A DNA stretch of 64,000 nt from Octopus sinensis (lineage: Eukaryota): the NCBI RefSeq assembly GCF_006345805.1, contig NC_043020.1, positions 5,704,001 to 5,768,000 on the forward strand. Direction: 5' to 3'. A model generated the notes under the pieces. It had not been told where the DNA came from and made no database searches. It saw nothing but the letters and a program-made list of their open reading frames with translations. The number at the start of each line of letters is the position of its first letter. Positions within the stretch are counted from its first letter, which is position 1. The position numbers and the translations under genes are program-made. Shown piece after piece: positions 50,421 to 63,420 of this stretch.

Positions 50421-50530
50421 CTGTCTCTCTCACTCTCTCTCACCCTTTCTCTCTCTCTGTCTCTGTGTCTCTTTTTCCCTCTCCCTCTCTGTCTCTCACA
50501 TGGGTTAGTGCGATTATGACGTCAGCTGAC
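50420..50530 (-). promoter_or_regulatory. Candidate promoter: (GA)n tract, full CRE TGACGTCA (50517-50524), overlapping E-box CAGCTG (50523-50528)
   Basis: Motifs read directly from the sequence, immediately upstream of the candidate first exon. Confidence 0.4.
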
Positions 50531-50939
50531 CTTCATCGCTCTGTTTAGTCTCCCGACAGAAGTAGCATGTCACCCTACACTTAAAGATAATACCAGATTT
50601 TTTTTAAAACTGCTGTTATTGATTATTATTAAACCATTACTACAACTACTGTTACTTCCGCTGTTTACTTTAAATATACTTCATATATATAAAATAAATA
50701 CGAACACACACACATATATATATCTTATGTATATGTATAAATATTTGCGCTAGTGCATTGACACGTAAGTAAAAATGTGTGTATGTATATATTTATTTAG
50801 AAGTATCTATATAAACATTTGATATTGTTTGCTCGTGATTCTGGCAGACACACGAACAAGCAATTTCCAAACAGCAGCGGAAGGGCTTTAGTTGATACGA
50901 CTAAACTTGGCAGTACTTCACTTCACTCGTACTTTATCT

Positions 50940-51410
50940 ATAAAGATGCCCAAAAGATGTTATGAAATGCAAAGTTGACCCCGGCGGAATTTGAACTCAG
51001 ATCTATAAACAGTCGTAAGGAATACGGCAAAACAATTTTTTTGTTTTTCTTTGTCTGATTCTCTAACGATTCTGCTACCTCTGGTTTAGGCATAAGGCCA
51101 ACAGTTTTGGGGGAAATTGGTTGTCGAAACCATCGACCCGGAAAAGATGGATGAAAGGTAAAGTTGGCCACGGTGGAATTTGAACTCAGATCTATAAACA
51201 GTCGCAAGGAATACGGCAAAACATTTTCTTTTGTTTTTCTTCTTTGTCTGATTCTCTAACGATTCTGCTACCTCTGGTTTAGACACAAGGCCAAACATTT
51301 TTGAGGGAAATTGGTTGTCGAAACTATCGACCCGGAAAAGATGGATGAAAGGTAAAGTTGGCCACGGTGGAATTTCGACTCAAAGACATTCTAACTTTTC
51401 TGCCAATCCA
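50940..51410 (-). mobile_element. Tandem trimer of a diverged SINE C variant
   Basis: gacccggaaaagatggatgaaaggtaaagttggccacggtggaattt is repeated, with a partial third unit at 50960-51090. Confidence 0.7.
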
Positions 51411-51944
51411 TCGCCCCTTGACAGAGGAATTACAACCGTGTTTCGTGGTCTGCTACCACAACAGCTCCTTTATAGGATCCAGTTAGCTCAAGACATCACC
51501 AGGAGGAACCACGTCCGGTTTCGGCCCCTACTCCTCTACCGTTTTGACGTGCCCCCCCCCCTTTCGGAGGTGTCTTCAGCTCTGGTGTTGGGTGCATGTC
51601 TTCTTTCTTCTGTTCCCTGGCCTCTTCGATGTATCGTCAGCGAGTGTCAGCCGGTGTCTGACTGTCTTGTCAAATTTCTCCCTTTAAACATTTAATAATA
51701 AATGCCTCCTCGGTCATCATTCCAAATCGTTTTCCTTTCTCTCTGTAACCTTAACCAAAATCTAATAATTGCAATGCCAGTCTAGGATGTTCTATAGAAA
51801 TATTTAATCGATCGGCTGCTTCACAGGAACTTTTTTCGTCTGGTTACCTTCTGATAGCTACAGAGTATGTTACTATCATCATCTCTTTAACGTCCCTTTT
51901 TCCATGCTTGCTTGGATTAGACTTGTGATCTCTAACCTTTTTTA

Positions 51945-52176
51945 TACCTATTTCTTTATTACCCACAAGGGGCTAAACACAGAGGGGACAAACAAGGACA
52001 GACATAGGTATTAAGTCGATTACATCGACCCCAGTGCGTAACTGGTACTTAATTTATTAACCCCGAAAGGATGAAAGGCAAAGTCGACCTTGGCGGAATT
52101 TGAACTTACAATGTAACGGCAGACGAATTACCGCTAAGCATTTCGTCCAGCATGCTAGCGATTCTGCCAGCTCGCC
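51945..52176 (-). mobile_element. SINE family C
   Basis: Consensus match. Confidence 0.8.
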
Positions 52177-53135
52177 ACGGACCAGTTTCATGCCGGACAA
52201 TCTTTCCACAGACCGTAGTGGCACATATCTGTAATTTAAACGCATTTCAATAAAGAGAGCAATGATAAAAAGAGCAATTTATTAAAGGGAAGAAAAAGCG
52301 TATTCTCTTTTGATTTTCATGTCTGGACTCCAGCCTGACCATACACTTGCATGCTTAGTGTCCCTGAATCAATACATATTACACTATTATCACATCGTAC
52401 CAGAATCAGTGGGAGCCTTGAGCTGGTTTCCCTGCAACTAGAAATCCCATCTGGGAGTGAATGGGAGACGATGACTCTTGAAGTATATTCCCTATGTCTA
52501 GTCTACTTCGTAATCTTGTCTTGGTTATTGTCACTAAAGAAAACTCCACTTATTTCTTTGCGGCCCAATAACAAACAATCCACGGACCAGTACCGGTCCA
52601 CAGCCTGGTATTTAGGAACCTCTGGGTTAGACGGAATTCATTGAAGCAGATTTTATACAGCTAGAGGCTCTTCCTATGGCTAATCCTTACCAATTTCCAA
52701 GCAAGGTAATATTTCTCCACAGTTAGACATGCTTTTTTTTTTATGGAAGACTGAAAATGAACAACCTCACTTGAATGACAATGATGCTCATTTACAACCA
52801 TAATATGATGTCCATGCAAGGATACACGCACATGTATGCACATATACATACATATATGTATATATGATGAGCTTCTTTCAGCCGTCTACAAAATCCACTC
52901 ACAAAGATTTGTTTGTCTTGGGGCTCTAGTGGAAGATACTTGCTCAAGGTGCCATGCAGTGGGCAAGTGTCTTCTACTATACTCCAGGTCAACCAAAGCT
53001 TTGTGATTTGGCTTCTAAAACAAAAACTGAAAGAATCCTATTGTACGTATGTGTACATACATGTGTATGTGTGATGTACTGTCCCATTATTAGTGGGATC
53101 AATAAAAAAGATGTACTCCATCCAGAAAAAGATAC

Positions 53136-53367
53136 ATATCATTTAATATACACAGGATTTAAATTTGAGCTGCAATAAGTTTCATACTCTGATAGCACAA
53201 TAGTCAGACAATCTTGCACACTATGCTGTGTACTATTTTGCAAGATTACACAAAAAAATTTTGCATAATAGCACATAGCACACCATACACGCTTGGCTGA
53301 CTTTTGTCCTATCAAAGCATAAAACATTGGTAGCTCATATGTAAATCCTGTGCATATTAAATGATAT
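53136..53367. mobile_element. MITE-like element with 36-bp terminal inverted repeats
   Basis: atatcatttaatatacacaggatttaaatttgagct (53136-53171) pairs with 53332-53367 with 3 mismatches. Confidence 0.65.
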
Positions 53368-54225
53368 TGATTGATTGACGGCAGTTCCCCTTTCTTCGTG
53401 CCTGAAGATCATGACAAAGAGTGGTATGCCCTCAGGTTGCTATGTAAACTGATCCTTGGTGCTGTAAGACTTTTCTTCCGGCCTGCATTTAGAAGTTTTA
53501 AAGTGAGAGTCAGGCCATGCAATCCAATCCCTGACTTGGAGGTCTGATCGCAGTGGCCTAGCGGACTAAGGCAGTTGTGGAGATCAATAAGCTGTAGGTT
53601 TTACATTGGGTGGGGTCTTCTTCTAAGTGAATTCTCTTTCAAGGCTGGAGAGCTTCACCTACTCTCAAATAGCTGGAAGGGGGGTCAAAGAGGGCACCGG
53701 ATGCCCTGAAGGACTCCACTTCTTGATTTGCTGTCAAGGTTGACTCCCCTAACCTTTTCCTTTCCCAAGTTACTCAGAAGGCAGTGAGGGTTTGTGCTTG
53801 AGGTTTCTCCCATAACATGCTAATTGACTCAGGGTTATAACCCCTTCTTCAGGACTACTCTGGGTCAGAGTAGACTTGGGACCAACAGTAGTTAAGAAGT
53901 GGTTCTACACTCATCAGAACCTTGGAATTCCCAAACCAGGACTTTACTACCGGATGCAGTTTAAAGTCATATGCAAGAAATACGTGTGCACACAATATTT
54001 GTATGTCTTATTTTAAGGAGATTTGTTGTGTAAGGTCAGAGCAATACAAGAAGGTACAAAATAAACGACAAAAGGAAAACAAAACAAAGTTTTCATTTTA
54101 TCTTGTATTTCTATATTTCAGGGTTATTTGGAAAAAGCGAGGGATGGAAAAAAAATTGATAATTTGGGCAACGATTGACCACATCTGAACAATAACTTTT
54201 CCATCCCTTGCTTTTTCCATATGTC

Positions 54226-54268
54226 CTGAAGAAGGGGTTATAACCCTGAAATCTAAAAACACAAGATA
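54226..54268 (+). ncRNA. Hammerhead-ribozyme-like core (helix I not found)
   Basis: CTGAAGA, stem AGGG/CCCT, GAAA, stem ATCT/AGAT, then A (AUA triplet). Confidence 0.35.
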
Positions 54269-54414
54269 AAACGGCAATTTGCTTTGTTTCAGTTTCCTTT
54301 TCCTTTTGTAGTTCACTTTGTACCTTCTCATATTGTTCCAGCCTTAAACAACAAATCTCTTTAAAGTAATACCACACAATATTTGATCAAAACTACTCCA
54401 TTGTACATATGTTT

Positions 54415-54735
54415 GTATGTGCCGGTGGCACGTAAAAGGCACCATTCGAGCGTGATCGTTACCAGCATCGCCTTACTAGCACCTGTGCCGGTGGCATGTG
54501 TAAAAAGATTCGAGCAAGGTTGTTGCCAGTACCGCCTGACTGGCCCCTATGCCGGTGGCACATAAAAGCACCCACTACACTCTCGGAGTGGTTGGCGTTA
54601 GGAAGGGCATCCAGCTGTAGAAACCCTGCCAGATCAAGACTGGAGCCTGGTGCAGCCATCTGGTTCACCAGCCCTCAGTCAAATCGTCCAACACATTCTA
54701 GCATGGAAAGCGGACGTTAAACGATGATGATGATG
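54415..54735 (+). mobile_element. Family A retroposon
   Basis: Body plus (TGA)n tail. Confidence 0.8.
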
Positions 54736-55179
54736 TATGCATGTATGTATGAATGCATGTATGTTTAACCATGTGGAGGTGAAAAGAAAAGTTTGTAAAA
54801 CACAATAATGTTGCAAGTGTTTCTCATTCCTTCTTCAAATGTTCCTGATGCACAAAATTACACATATTTTGCACTAATATGAGATTGCACCAGTATGGCC
54901 ATGTGGTTAAGGTGTAAATAAACTTTTGGGAATTTTGTTCTAGATGACCAGTTTCAATGCAATGTCTGTCAACAAACCTGCAAATCACATGGAGGATTGG
55001 AGCATCACTTGACCATTCATCATCTTTTCTACTCTAGGCACAAGGCTTGAAATTTTGGTGGGGAGGAGGCCAATCGATTAGATCAACCCTAGTATGCAAC
55101 TGGTACTTAATTTATCGACCCCGAAAAGATGAAAGGCAAAGTTGACTTTGAATTTGAAGTCAGAACGTAAAGACAAGGG

Positions 55180-55570
55180 GTGGTTGTGTGGTAAGTAGCT
55201 TACTTACCAACCACATGGTTCCGGGTTCAGCCCCACTGTGTGGCACCTTGGGCAAGTGTCTTCTGCTATAGCCTCGGGCCGACCAAAGCCTTGTGAGTGG
55301 ATTTGGTAGCCAGAAACTGAAAGAAACCCGTCGTATACATGTATGTGTATATATATGTGTGTCTGTGTTTGTCCCCCCCCCCCCAACATCGCTTGACAAC
55401 CGATGCTGGTGTGTTTACGTCCCCGTAACTTAGCGGTTCGGTAAGAGAGACCAATAGAATAAGTACAAGGCTTACAAAGAATAAGTCCTGGGGTCGATTT
55501 CTTCGACTAAAATCCTTCAAGGCAGTGCTCCAGCATGGCTGCACTCGAATTACTGAAACAAGTAAAAGAA
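55180..55570 (+). mobile_element. SINE family B
   Basis: Consensus match. Abuts a minus-strand SINE C at 55025-55175. Confidence 0.8.
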
Positions 55571-56084
55571 GAAGAAAAAAAAAAACAAACAAACAAATAA
55601 AGAAAGAAAGTACGTCACATAAAAAAACTTACAAAATATAAAAATGGAAAGGAGAGACCAATTCTCCAGTTTCTGCTGAACAAATAATCTCAGCCATGCC
55701 CTGCAGATAAGATGGCAGAAGTATTACTACAAGCAACATCCAGAAATATCCACTTTATCAGATGTTCCACTTTACAGGGCTCCTTTGTACGGCGTTTCCC
55801 TCTCGTTTTCTCCTCCTCCTCCCTCTCCCCATGACATTTTTTTATTTTTTTAAATAATCTCCCAACATTCCTCTTATTTTCTCCTTGCTCTGACAACCTC
55901 CTACTTCTACTCCTCCCTCCGTTAACACTGGTTACCATTTCTTCCTCTCCTCTTCCTCTTCCTCCTCCTCTTGCTCTTCTTTTATTTGTATTTTTTCTCT
56001 CTGGCACTAATCCGGATGCATTTTATCATTCTTGTTAAGAAGAAAAGACATTTCTTTTCTTTCTACAATAAAAAATTTCCCTCA

Positions 56085-57720
56085 GAAACATTAATTTCCC
56101 TTTCTTTAAGCATATTTCTCTTGAAATGCACTGCCTTTGTTTCAAATTATTTTGAGAATAGTGAAGAATTTACTAAAATAACTTTGTCATATTAAGCTGG
56201 TGTTTGGAACAGAAATTCAGCTAAAATTTTGAAGGAAAGTTTTAATTTAGAACACTTTAATGTCTTTGACACTATATTTCTCTTGAAATATATAGCTTTT
56301 GTTTCAAATCGTTTTGAAAAAAAAAGAAAGAATTTACTAAAATAATTTTGGCATAATAAGCTGGTGTTTGGAACAGAAATTCACTTAAAATTTTGAAGGA
56401 AACTTTTAATTTAGAACACTTTAACCTCTTTCATACTATATTTCTATTGAAATATACAGCTTTTGTTTCAAATCGTTTTGAAAAATAATGAAGAATTTAC
56501 TAAAATAACTTTGTCATATTAAGCTGGTGTTTGGAACAGAAATTCGCTTAAAATTTTGAAGGAAACTTTTAATTTAGAGCACTTTAACGTCTTTGATATT
56601 ATATTTCCGTTGAAATATATGGCTTTTGTTTCAAATCTTTTTGAAACTAGTGAAGAATTTAACAAAATAATTTTATCATATTAAGCTGGAATTTGGAACA
56701 TAAATTCGCTTAAAATTTTGAAGGAAAGTTTTAATTTAGAACACTTTAACCTCTTTCATACTATATTTCTGTTGAAATATATGGCTTTTGTTTCAAATCG
56801 TTTTAAAATATTGAAGAATTTACTAAAATAATTTTGTCATAATAAGCTGGAGTTTGGAACATAAATTCACTTAAAATTTTGATGGAAATATACAGCTTTT
56901 GTTTCAAATCCTTTTGAAACTAGTGAAGAATTTACTAAAATAATTTTGTCATATTAAGCTGGTGTTTGAAACATAAATTCACTTAAAATTTTGAAGGAAA
57001 GTTTTAATTTAGAACACTTTAAACTCTTTCATACTATATTTCCGTTGAAATATATGGCTTTTGTTTCAAATCGTTTTAAAATATTGAAGAATTTACTAAA
57101 ATAATTTTGTCATAATAAGCTGGAGTTTGGAACATAAATTCACTTAAAATTTTGATGGAAAGTTTTAATTTAGAACACTTTAACGTCTTTGACATTATAT
57201 TTCTGTTGAAATATACAGCTTTTGTTTCAAATCATTTAAAAATATTGAAGAATTTACTAAAATAATTTTGTCATAATAAGCTGGTGTTTGGAACAGAAAT
57301 TCTCTTAAAATTTTGAAGGAAAGTTTTAATTTAGAACACTTTAAACTCTTTCATACTATATTTCTGTTGAAATATATGGCTTTTGTTTCAAATCGTTTTA
57401 AAATATTGAAGAATTTAACAAAATAATTTTGTCATTTTAAGCTGGAGTTTGGAACATAAATTCGCTTAAAATTTTGAAGGAAAGTTTTAATTTAGATCAA
57501 TTTAACCTCTTAGATACTATATTTCTGTTGAAATACTCTGCTTTTGTTTCAAATGTTTGTTTGAAAATAGTGAAGAATTTAACAGAATAACCATGTCACC
57601 GTTAACCATTAAACTGGTATTTGGAACATAAATGAGCATAAAATTTTGATGGAAACTTTTAGTTTAGATGACTTAAAACCTTTTGTTGCTAAATTTCTAT
57701 TAAAATATAGTTTTTTTACT
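56085..57720. repeat. Tandem array of about 161-164 bp AT-rich units (about 10 units)
   Basis: The junction motif (cact)ttaa recurs at about 56257, 56421, 56584, 56746, 57019, 57180, 57341, 57502 and 57673. One unit is internally deleted. Confidence 0.9.
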
Positions 57721-57724
57721 TACT

Positions 57725-58122
57725 TACTTACTTGTTTCAGTCATTTGACTGCGGCCATGCTGGAGCACCACCTTTAGTCGATCAAATCGACCCCAGGACT
57801 TATTCTTTGTAAGCCTAGTTCTTATTCTATCAGTCTCTTTTGCCGAGCCGCTAAGTTACAGGGACGTAAACACACCACCATCGATTGTCAAGCGATGTTG
57901 GGGGGGACAAACACAGACACACAAACACACATACACATACACATATATATACATATATACGACGGGCTTCTTTCAGTTTCCGTCTACCAAATCCACTCAC
58001 AAGGCTTTGGTTGGCCTGAAGCTATAGTAGAAAACACTTGCCCAAGGTGTCACGCAGTGGGACTGAACATGGAAACATGTGGTTGGTAAGCAAGCTACTT
58101 ACCACACAGCCACTCCTGCACC
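57725..58122 (-). mobile_element. SINE family B
   Basis: Consensus match. Confidence 0.85.
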
Positions 58123-58579
58123 TGTCTAAATTAATTTTGAAAATATTGAAGAATTTGCTAAAATAACTTTGGTATAATTAAAATGTTGTTTGGTGAGATT
58201 GAATGGATCGATTCTGAAGATGCTTTTCTAAGCAAGAGGAAAGAAACTGGAAGAGGGCAGTTTCCCATGCCTTGGGGATAGCAGAGTAATCCAGGATTTT
58301 TACATGGGGTTTGCCCCCAAATTACCCCCAAGTGAACTGCCCCGCTATTGGGGATCCTAATTATTTATTTATTTATTATTTATTTCTCTAATTTCTATGA
58401 TATATCCTCCGTTATATCCTCTAATGTGTGGTTGTATCTCACGTTGATTGACGTAAACCCCACCTGTTTTTATTGCTGCTGTTTTTGTATTTTTTTTCGT
58501 TTTTGGTTTGTTTTTGTGCTGTAACTCGTCCTTTGATATTGATCTCCATATCTTGGGCCCTCGTGGCCAATAAAAGAAG

Positions 58580-58610
<31 letters not shown>

Positions 58611-58719
58611 TGTTGAAAGATTGGTGTACCTTGTCCACCTCTACTAGGCCCAGTCTGTTATGCTCTAGCACCTGATCTGTTTGGATTGGGAAATTATTAT
58701 TATTATCATTATGATTATT

Positions 58720-58936
58720 GTTGAGTGAGAGAGCAGTGCATGCCATCAAAGTGACACTAGGGTACAAATATACGAAGCCCAGTATACCCAACATGACTAC
58801 CCGTCTGATAAGGGTACACTAGGCACATGCATCACAACTATATTTACATGACATGGTGAGCTCATATCAGGATAAATAGCACATGACCTTACAGGTGGGG
58901 CCCAGTTAGAATTTTCTTCTGGTTGAGTAACCCATC

Positions 58937-58980
<44 letters not shown>

Positions 58981-59080
58981 GAGTGAGAGAGCAGTGCATG
59001 CCATCAAAGTGACACTGGGGTAAAATATACGAAGCCCAGTATACCCATCATGACTACCCATCTGATAAGGGTACACCTTA
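58720..59080. repeat. Two copies of an (ATT)n-associated dispersed repeat
   Basis: gagtgagagagcagtgcatgccatcaaagtgacact...gataagggtacac at about 58723 and 58981. Confidence 0.75.
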
Positions 59081-59092
59081 TTATTATTATTA

Positions 59093-59128
<36 letters not shown>

Positions 59129-59345
59129 GGTGGCAAGCTGGCAGAATCGTTAGTATGCTGGGCAAAATGCTTAGCAGTATTTCACCATCTTTATGTCCTG
59201 AGTTCTGTTGAGGTTGACTTTGCTTTTCATCTTTTCAGGGTTGATAAATCAACATTGGGGTCAATGTAGTCAACTAGTAATCAACTAGTCCCTTCGACTA
59301 ATCCCCTCAACCCAAATTTCAGGTCTTGTGTCTTTAATAGAAAGG

Positions 59346-59401
<56 letters not shown>

Positions 59402-60134
59402 ATAGAAAAAAAGTCAAGAGGAAACTGGAAGATATTTTTCGTCATAGTTCTGCTTGATCAAGACTGATGATCTATGGCCCAGCAGCAGCAACAACAACAA
59501 CAAAAAAAACATCAACAACAATATCTTCCTGTTCCTGAAAATAATTATATACCATGTCACTACCACTTGACTTACTCAGACAGGATGTCATCGTGTTTAT
59601 ATCTCCTGCTCTCCTCTTTCAGACAATCACTAAAATAATACAAAAATAATAATAATAATAATAATAATAAACAATGAGCTATAGATGCTTAATTAAAAAT
59701 ATAGATTAGTTAATCAGGACTGTTTACACTTTGTTTATTGAAAATCAATTAAACAAAATATCAGTCATTTGATGCTTTTGGGTTATGTTGTTTGTGTGTT
59801 CCCTATTTTATTTATTTATTTATTTATTGTGAAATGAAAGGGCCTTGTAATAATTCTGCTTGTCACTCCGTTACTTAGCCCATCTGTAACGCTCTCACGT
59901 GATTAGCTGAAGGAGGGGAAGGAGAGGAAGAGGACGTGGTGTGTAAAATGTGTAATTTTTATTTTTAATTAATTTTTTTTTCCTCCCTTAATTAGCCTGT
60001 CTGTAATGCTTTCCCATGATTAATTGAAGGACAGAAAAAGAGGGTAAGGCGAAGAGGGAGAGCACTGTGTACTAAGTCTATAAAATTGTGCATAAAGTAT
60101 ATGAAAATGTATACTCTTTTTCTCTCTCTCTTTT

Positions 60135-60508
60135 TTTTTTTTACTTGTTTCAGTCATTTTGACTGCGGCCATGCTGGAGCACCGCCTTTAATCGAGCAAC
60201 TCGACCCCGGGACTTAGTCTTTTGTAAGCCCAGTACTTATTGTATCGGTCTCTTTTGCCGAACCGCTAAGTAACGGGGACATAAACACACCAGCATCGGT
60301 TGTCAAGCAATGCTAGGGAGACAAACATACATGCACACATATATATATATACATATATACGACGGGCTTCTTTCAGTTTCCGTCTACCAAATCCACTCAA
60401 AAGGCCTTGGTCGGCCTGAGGCTATAGTAGAAGACACTTGCCCAAGGTGACATGCAGTGGGACTGAACCCGGAACCATGTGGTTGGTAAACAAGCTACTT
60501 ACCACACA
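60135..60508 (-). mobile_element. SINE family B
   Basis: Consensus match. Confidence 0.85.
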
Positions 60509-61453
60509 ATCTGTTCTGTCTGTCTGTGTGTGTGTCTTCTAGGATCTCAGGCATCCTTCATCCGATTGCGCTCAAATTTGATGTGTAGATACCGACAGTA
60601 TCAGGGCATGTATAAGTCTTGAAATAATTACAAAAATTGATTCCAGGTGAGAATGCAATCGATAAAGCCGTTTTTGTCCTGCTTTTCTTCCGTCAACCTG
60701 TACGTAACTGCACCTTCCATTTTTTGTTGTTTTTGTACTGCTTAAAGACACGTTTCTTTCCTGCCAAGCTTACTGCTTAAACCATGTTTGTGTTCTCCCA
60801 GTCAACAGCCTTATCATTACTGGTACTTTAAACTCTTCGGTTGCATATTTGTTCGAATAAAATCGTTTTTCTTTGGAATAGAAAAATAGTCTATCTTTAT
60901 TTCTTCTTTTGCTGGTGTCTCAAATTTAGGTTACATCAGTGTTTCTCAAAGGGGAGGCCAATGGGACGGTCGGATAAGTTGTTTTGAGAAAATTTGGTTT
61001 AAATGTTTGACAACTCAGCACCGACCATCGGACAGGGGGCGTTTTGCTCATTTATATATAAAGTGCATTAAGTAATCATTGTATTCCAAATTCTTTCCCT
61101 CCTGAATGGATAGTAGATGAGCGACCATTCTTTGATACAGACACAACACAGGTTATGGTTTCAGGTTTTTTGGATAAAGTTTTCAGAAATAACCCAATAA
61201 GTTTACCATTAATTCTGTGAAATATTCACAGGTCCAGCTAGTAAAGAATATTCTTAAATAATGGTTTCAAATTTTGGCACAAGGCCAGGAATTTTGGGAG
61301 AGGGTGTAAGTTGATTACATCAACCTCTCCAGGGCTCAACTGGTATTTATTTTATCAATTCCGCACTGGATTCAATGTAACTGACTAGCCTCTCCCCAGA
61401 AATGTCAGGCCTTGTGCCAATAATAGAAAGGATTATTATTATTATTATTATTA

Positions 61454-61850
61454 TGGAGAGGGAAGTGGCCCAGTGGTTAGGGCAGCAGACTCGTGGCCGT
61501 AGGATCATGGTTTTGATTCCCAAACCAGGCATTGTGAGTGTTTATTGAGTGAAAACACCTAAAAGCTCCATGAGGCTCTAGCAGGGCGGGGGGAGGGGGG
61601 TGAACCCTGCTGTACTCTTTCACCACAACTTTCTCTCAATCTTACTTCCTGTTTCAGTTGTACGTGTATTTCAAAGGGACCAGCCTTGTCACACTTTGTG
61701 TCACGCTGAATCTCCCCGAGAACTACATTAAGGGTACACGTGTCTGTGAAGCACTCAGCCACTTGCACATTAATTTCACATGCAGGCTGTTCCGTTGATT
61801 GGATCAACTGGAACCCTCATCGTCATAACCAGTGAAGTGCCACAATATAT
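61454..61850 (+). mobile_element. tRNA-derived SINE (family E)
   Basis: Head gtggcccagtggttagggcagcagactc...ttttgattccc. Body shared with 3441-3752, and its 3' part occurs reversed at 31553-31630. Confidence 0.7.
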
Positions 61851-62073
61851 ATATACATATATATGACGGGCTTCTTTCAGTTTCCACCTACCAAATCCAC
61901 TCACAAGGCTTTGGTCGGCCCAAGGTATGCACAGTGGGACTGAACCGAGAACCATGAAGTTGGGAAGCAAGCTACTTACCACACAAAACAGCACAAACAT
62001 TGGATATTTTACCCTTATAAGGCAGCAAAATACCCAATCTTTTTGTTGTTTTCATGGCTATACTGTGTTGGAA

Positions 62074-62302
62074 GGCGAACTGGCAGAAACGTTAGCATGC
62101 CGGGCGAAATGCGTAGCCGTACTTCGTCTGCCGTTACATTCTGAGTTCAAATTCCGCTGAGGTCGACTTTGCCTTTCATCCTTTCGGGGTCGATAAATTA
62201 AGTACCAGTTACGCACTGGGGTCAATATAATCGACTTAATCCATTTGTCTGTCCTTGTTTGTCCCCCTCTGTGTTTAGCCCCTTGGGGGCAGTAAAGAAA
62301 TA
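62074..62302 (+). mobile_element. SINE family C, full length with 15-bp TSD
   Basis: tatactgtgttggaa at 62059-62073 and 62303-62317. Confidence 0.9.
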
Positions 62303-62377
62303 TATACTGTGTTGGAAATTTTATTTTCTTGTCTGTAAAACACAAAACACATTTGACGCTTCCAAAAGTTTGTTTAC

Positions 62378-62411
<34 letters not shown>

Positions 62412-62889
62412 CCATCATCATCGTTTTAACGCCCGCTTTCCATGCCATATATATATTTGAATATATACTCTTACACGTAGGGGAGTGCAGCTCTAATTTG
62501 TCCCATTTACATATCCACTTATAAGGACAGAAGAGGTGGAGGAAGTGATCAGCACTTCTTTTGAGGTTTCACACCAAAAACTTCAGTCGACAAGGATTTT
62601 CACATGCTAATTACAAAAGCTTGCAGAAAATACTTCAAAACAAACAACAAAACAAAGCAAAAACTTGTTATCAACCTCTTTTGCAGCCCTTCCTTAAAAA
62701 AAAAAAAAAAAAACCCCTCCTCCACCTTACATCTATCTTTCTTTTGTCATATTCAGTTTAAAACTTGTAAAGACTTGTTCACATGTTCACTCATCACATA
62801 GAAAATTTGGAGTACTTGTTCCTGGAATTTCTCAGAATTTGATGCAAGTTCATACCTAGATTATGCTTTGTTCCCCCTGCCTCCCCAGT

Positions 62890-63420
62890 TTAACCCTTTC
62901 ATTACCAACCCAGCTGAAACTGGCTCTGGCTTTGAGTACAAATATCTTGTTTTCATGAGTTTTGAATTAGAATCTTCCACCAAACCTTAGTCACAATTTA
63001 TGTTCCTAACACTAGCTTAATGATAACTAAGTTGTTTTACTAAATTCTTTATTATATTTAAAGTAATTGAAAGAAACACAGAGCATCTCAAAATAAATAT
63101 GGTAACAAAAGGGTTAATCTTTTTTGCTCTGTAGAATTTCCACAGGTCCCATTAGTATTGATGTTGAAGATATGAAAGGTGAAGATGACCTCAACAGTAA
63201 TAAAATCATTCTTCCTTTCTTAAATAGCTTCACTTAACCCTTTTGATGCCAATCCGGCTGAAACTGCCTCTGGCTCTGTAGTACAAATGTCTTGTTTTCA
63301 TTAGTTTTGAATTAAAATCTTCCACCAAATCTTAGTCACAATTTATGTTCCTAACACCAGCTTAATGATAACTAAGTTATTTTACTACATTCTTTGTTAT
63401 ATTTTAAATAATTGAAAGAG
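62890..63420 (+). mobile_element. Composite: MITE (62890-63117) + 116-bp spacer + truncated MITE (63234-63420)
   Basis: Reverse complement of the 29233-29909 arrangement. Confidence 0.8.

Noticed and set aside
51315-51695. 126-aa ORF and a ccgaaac motif on the minus strand
   Set aside because: The ORF starts in a SINE variant and shows no homology I recognise. There is no CUGANGA partner for a ribozyme.
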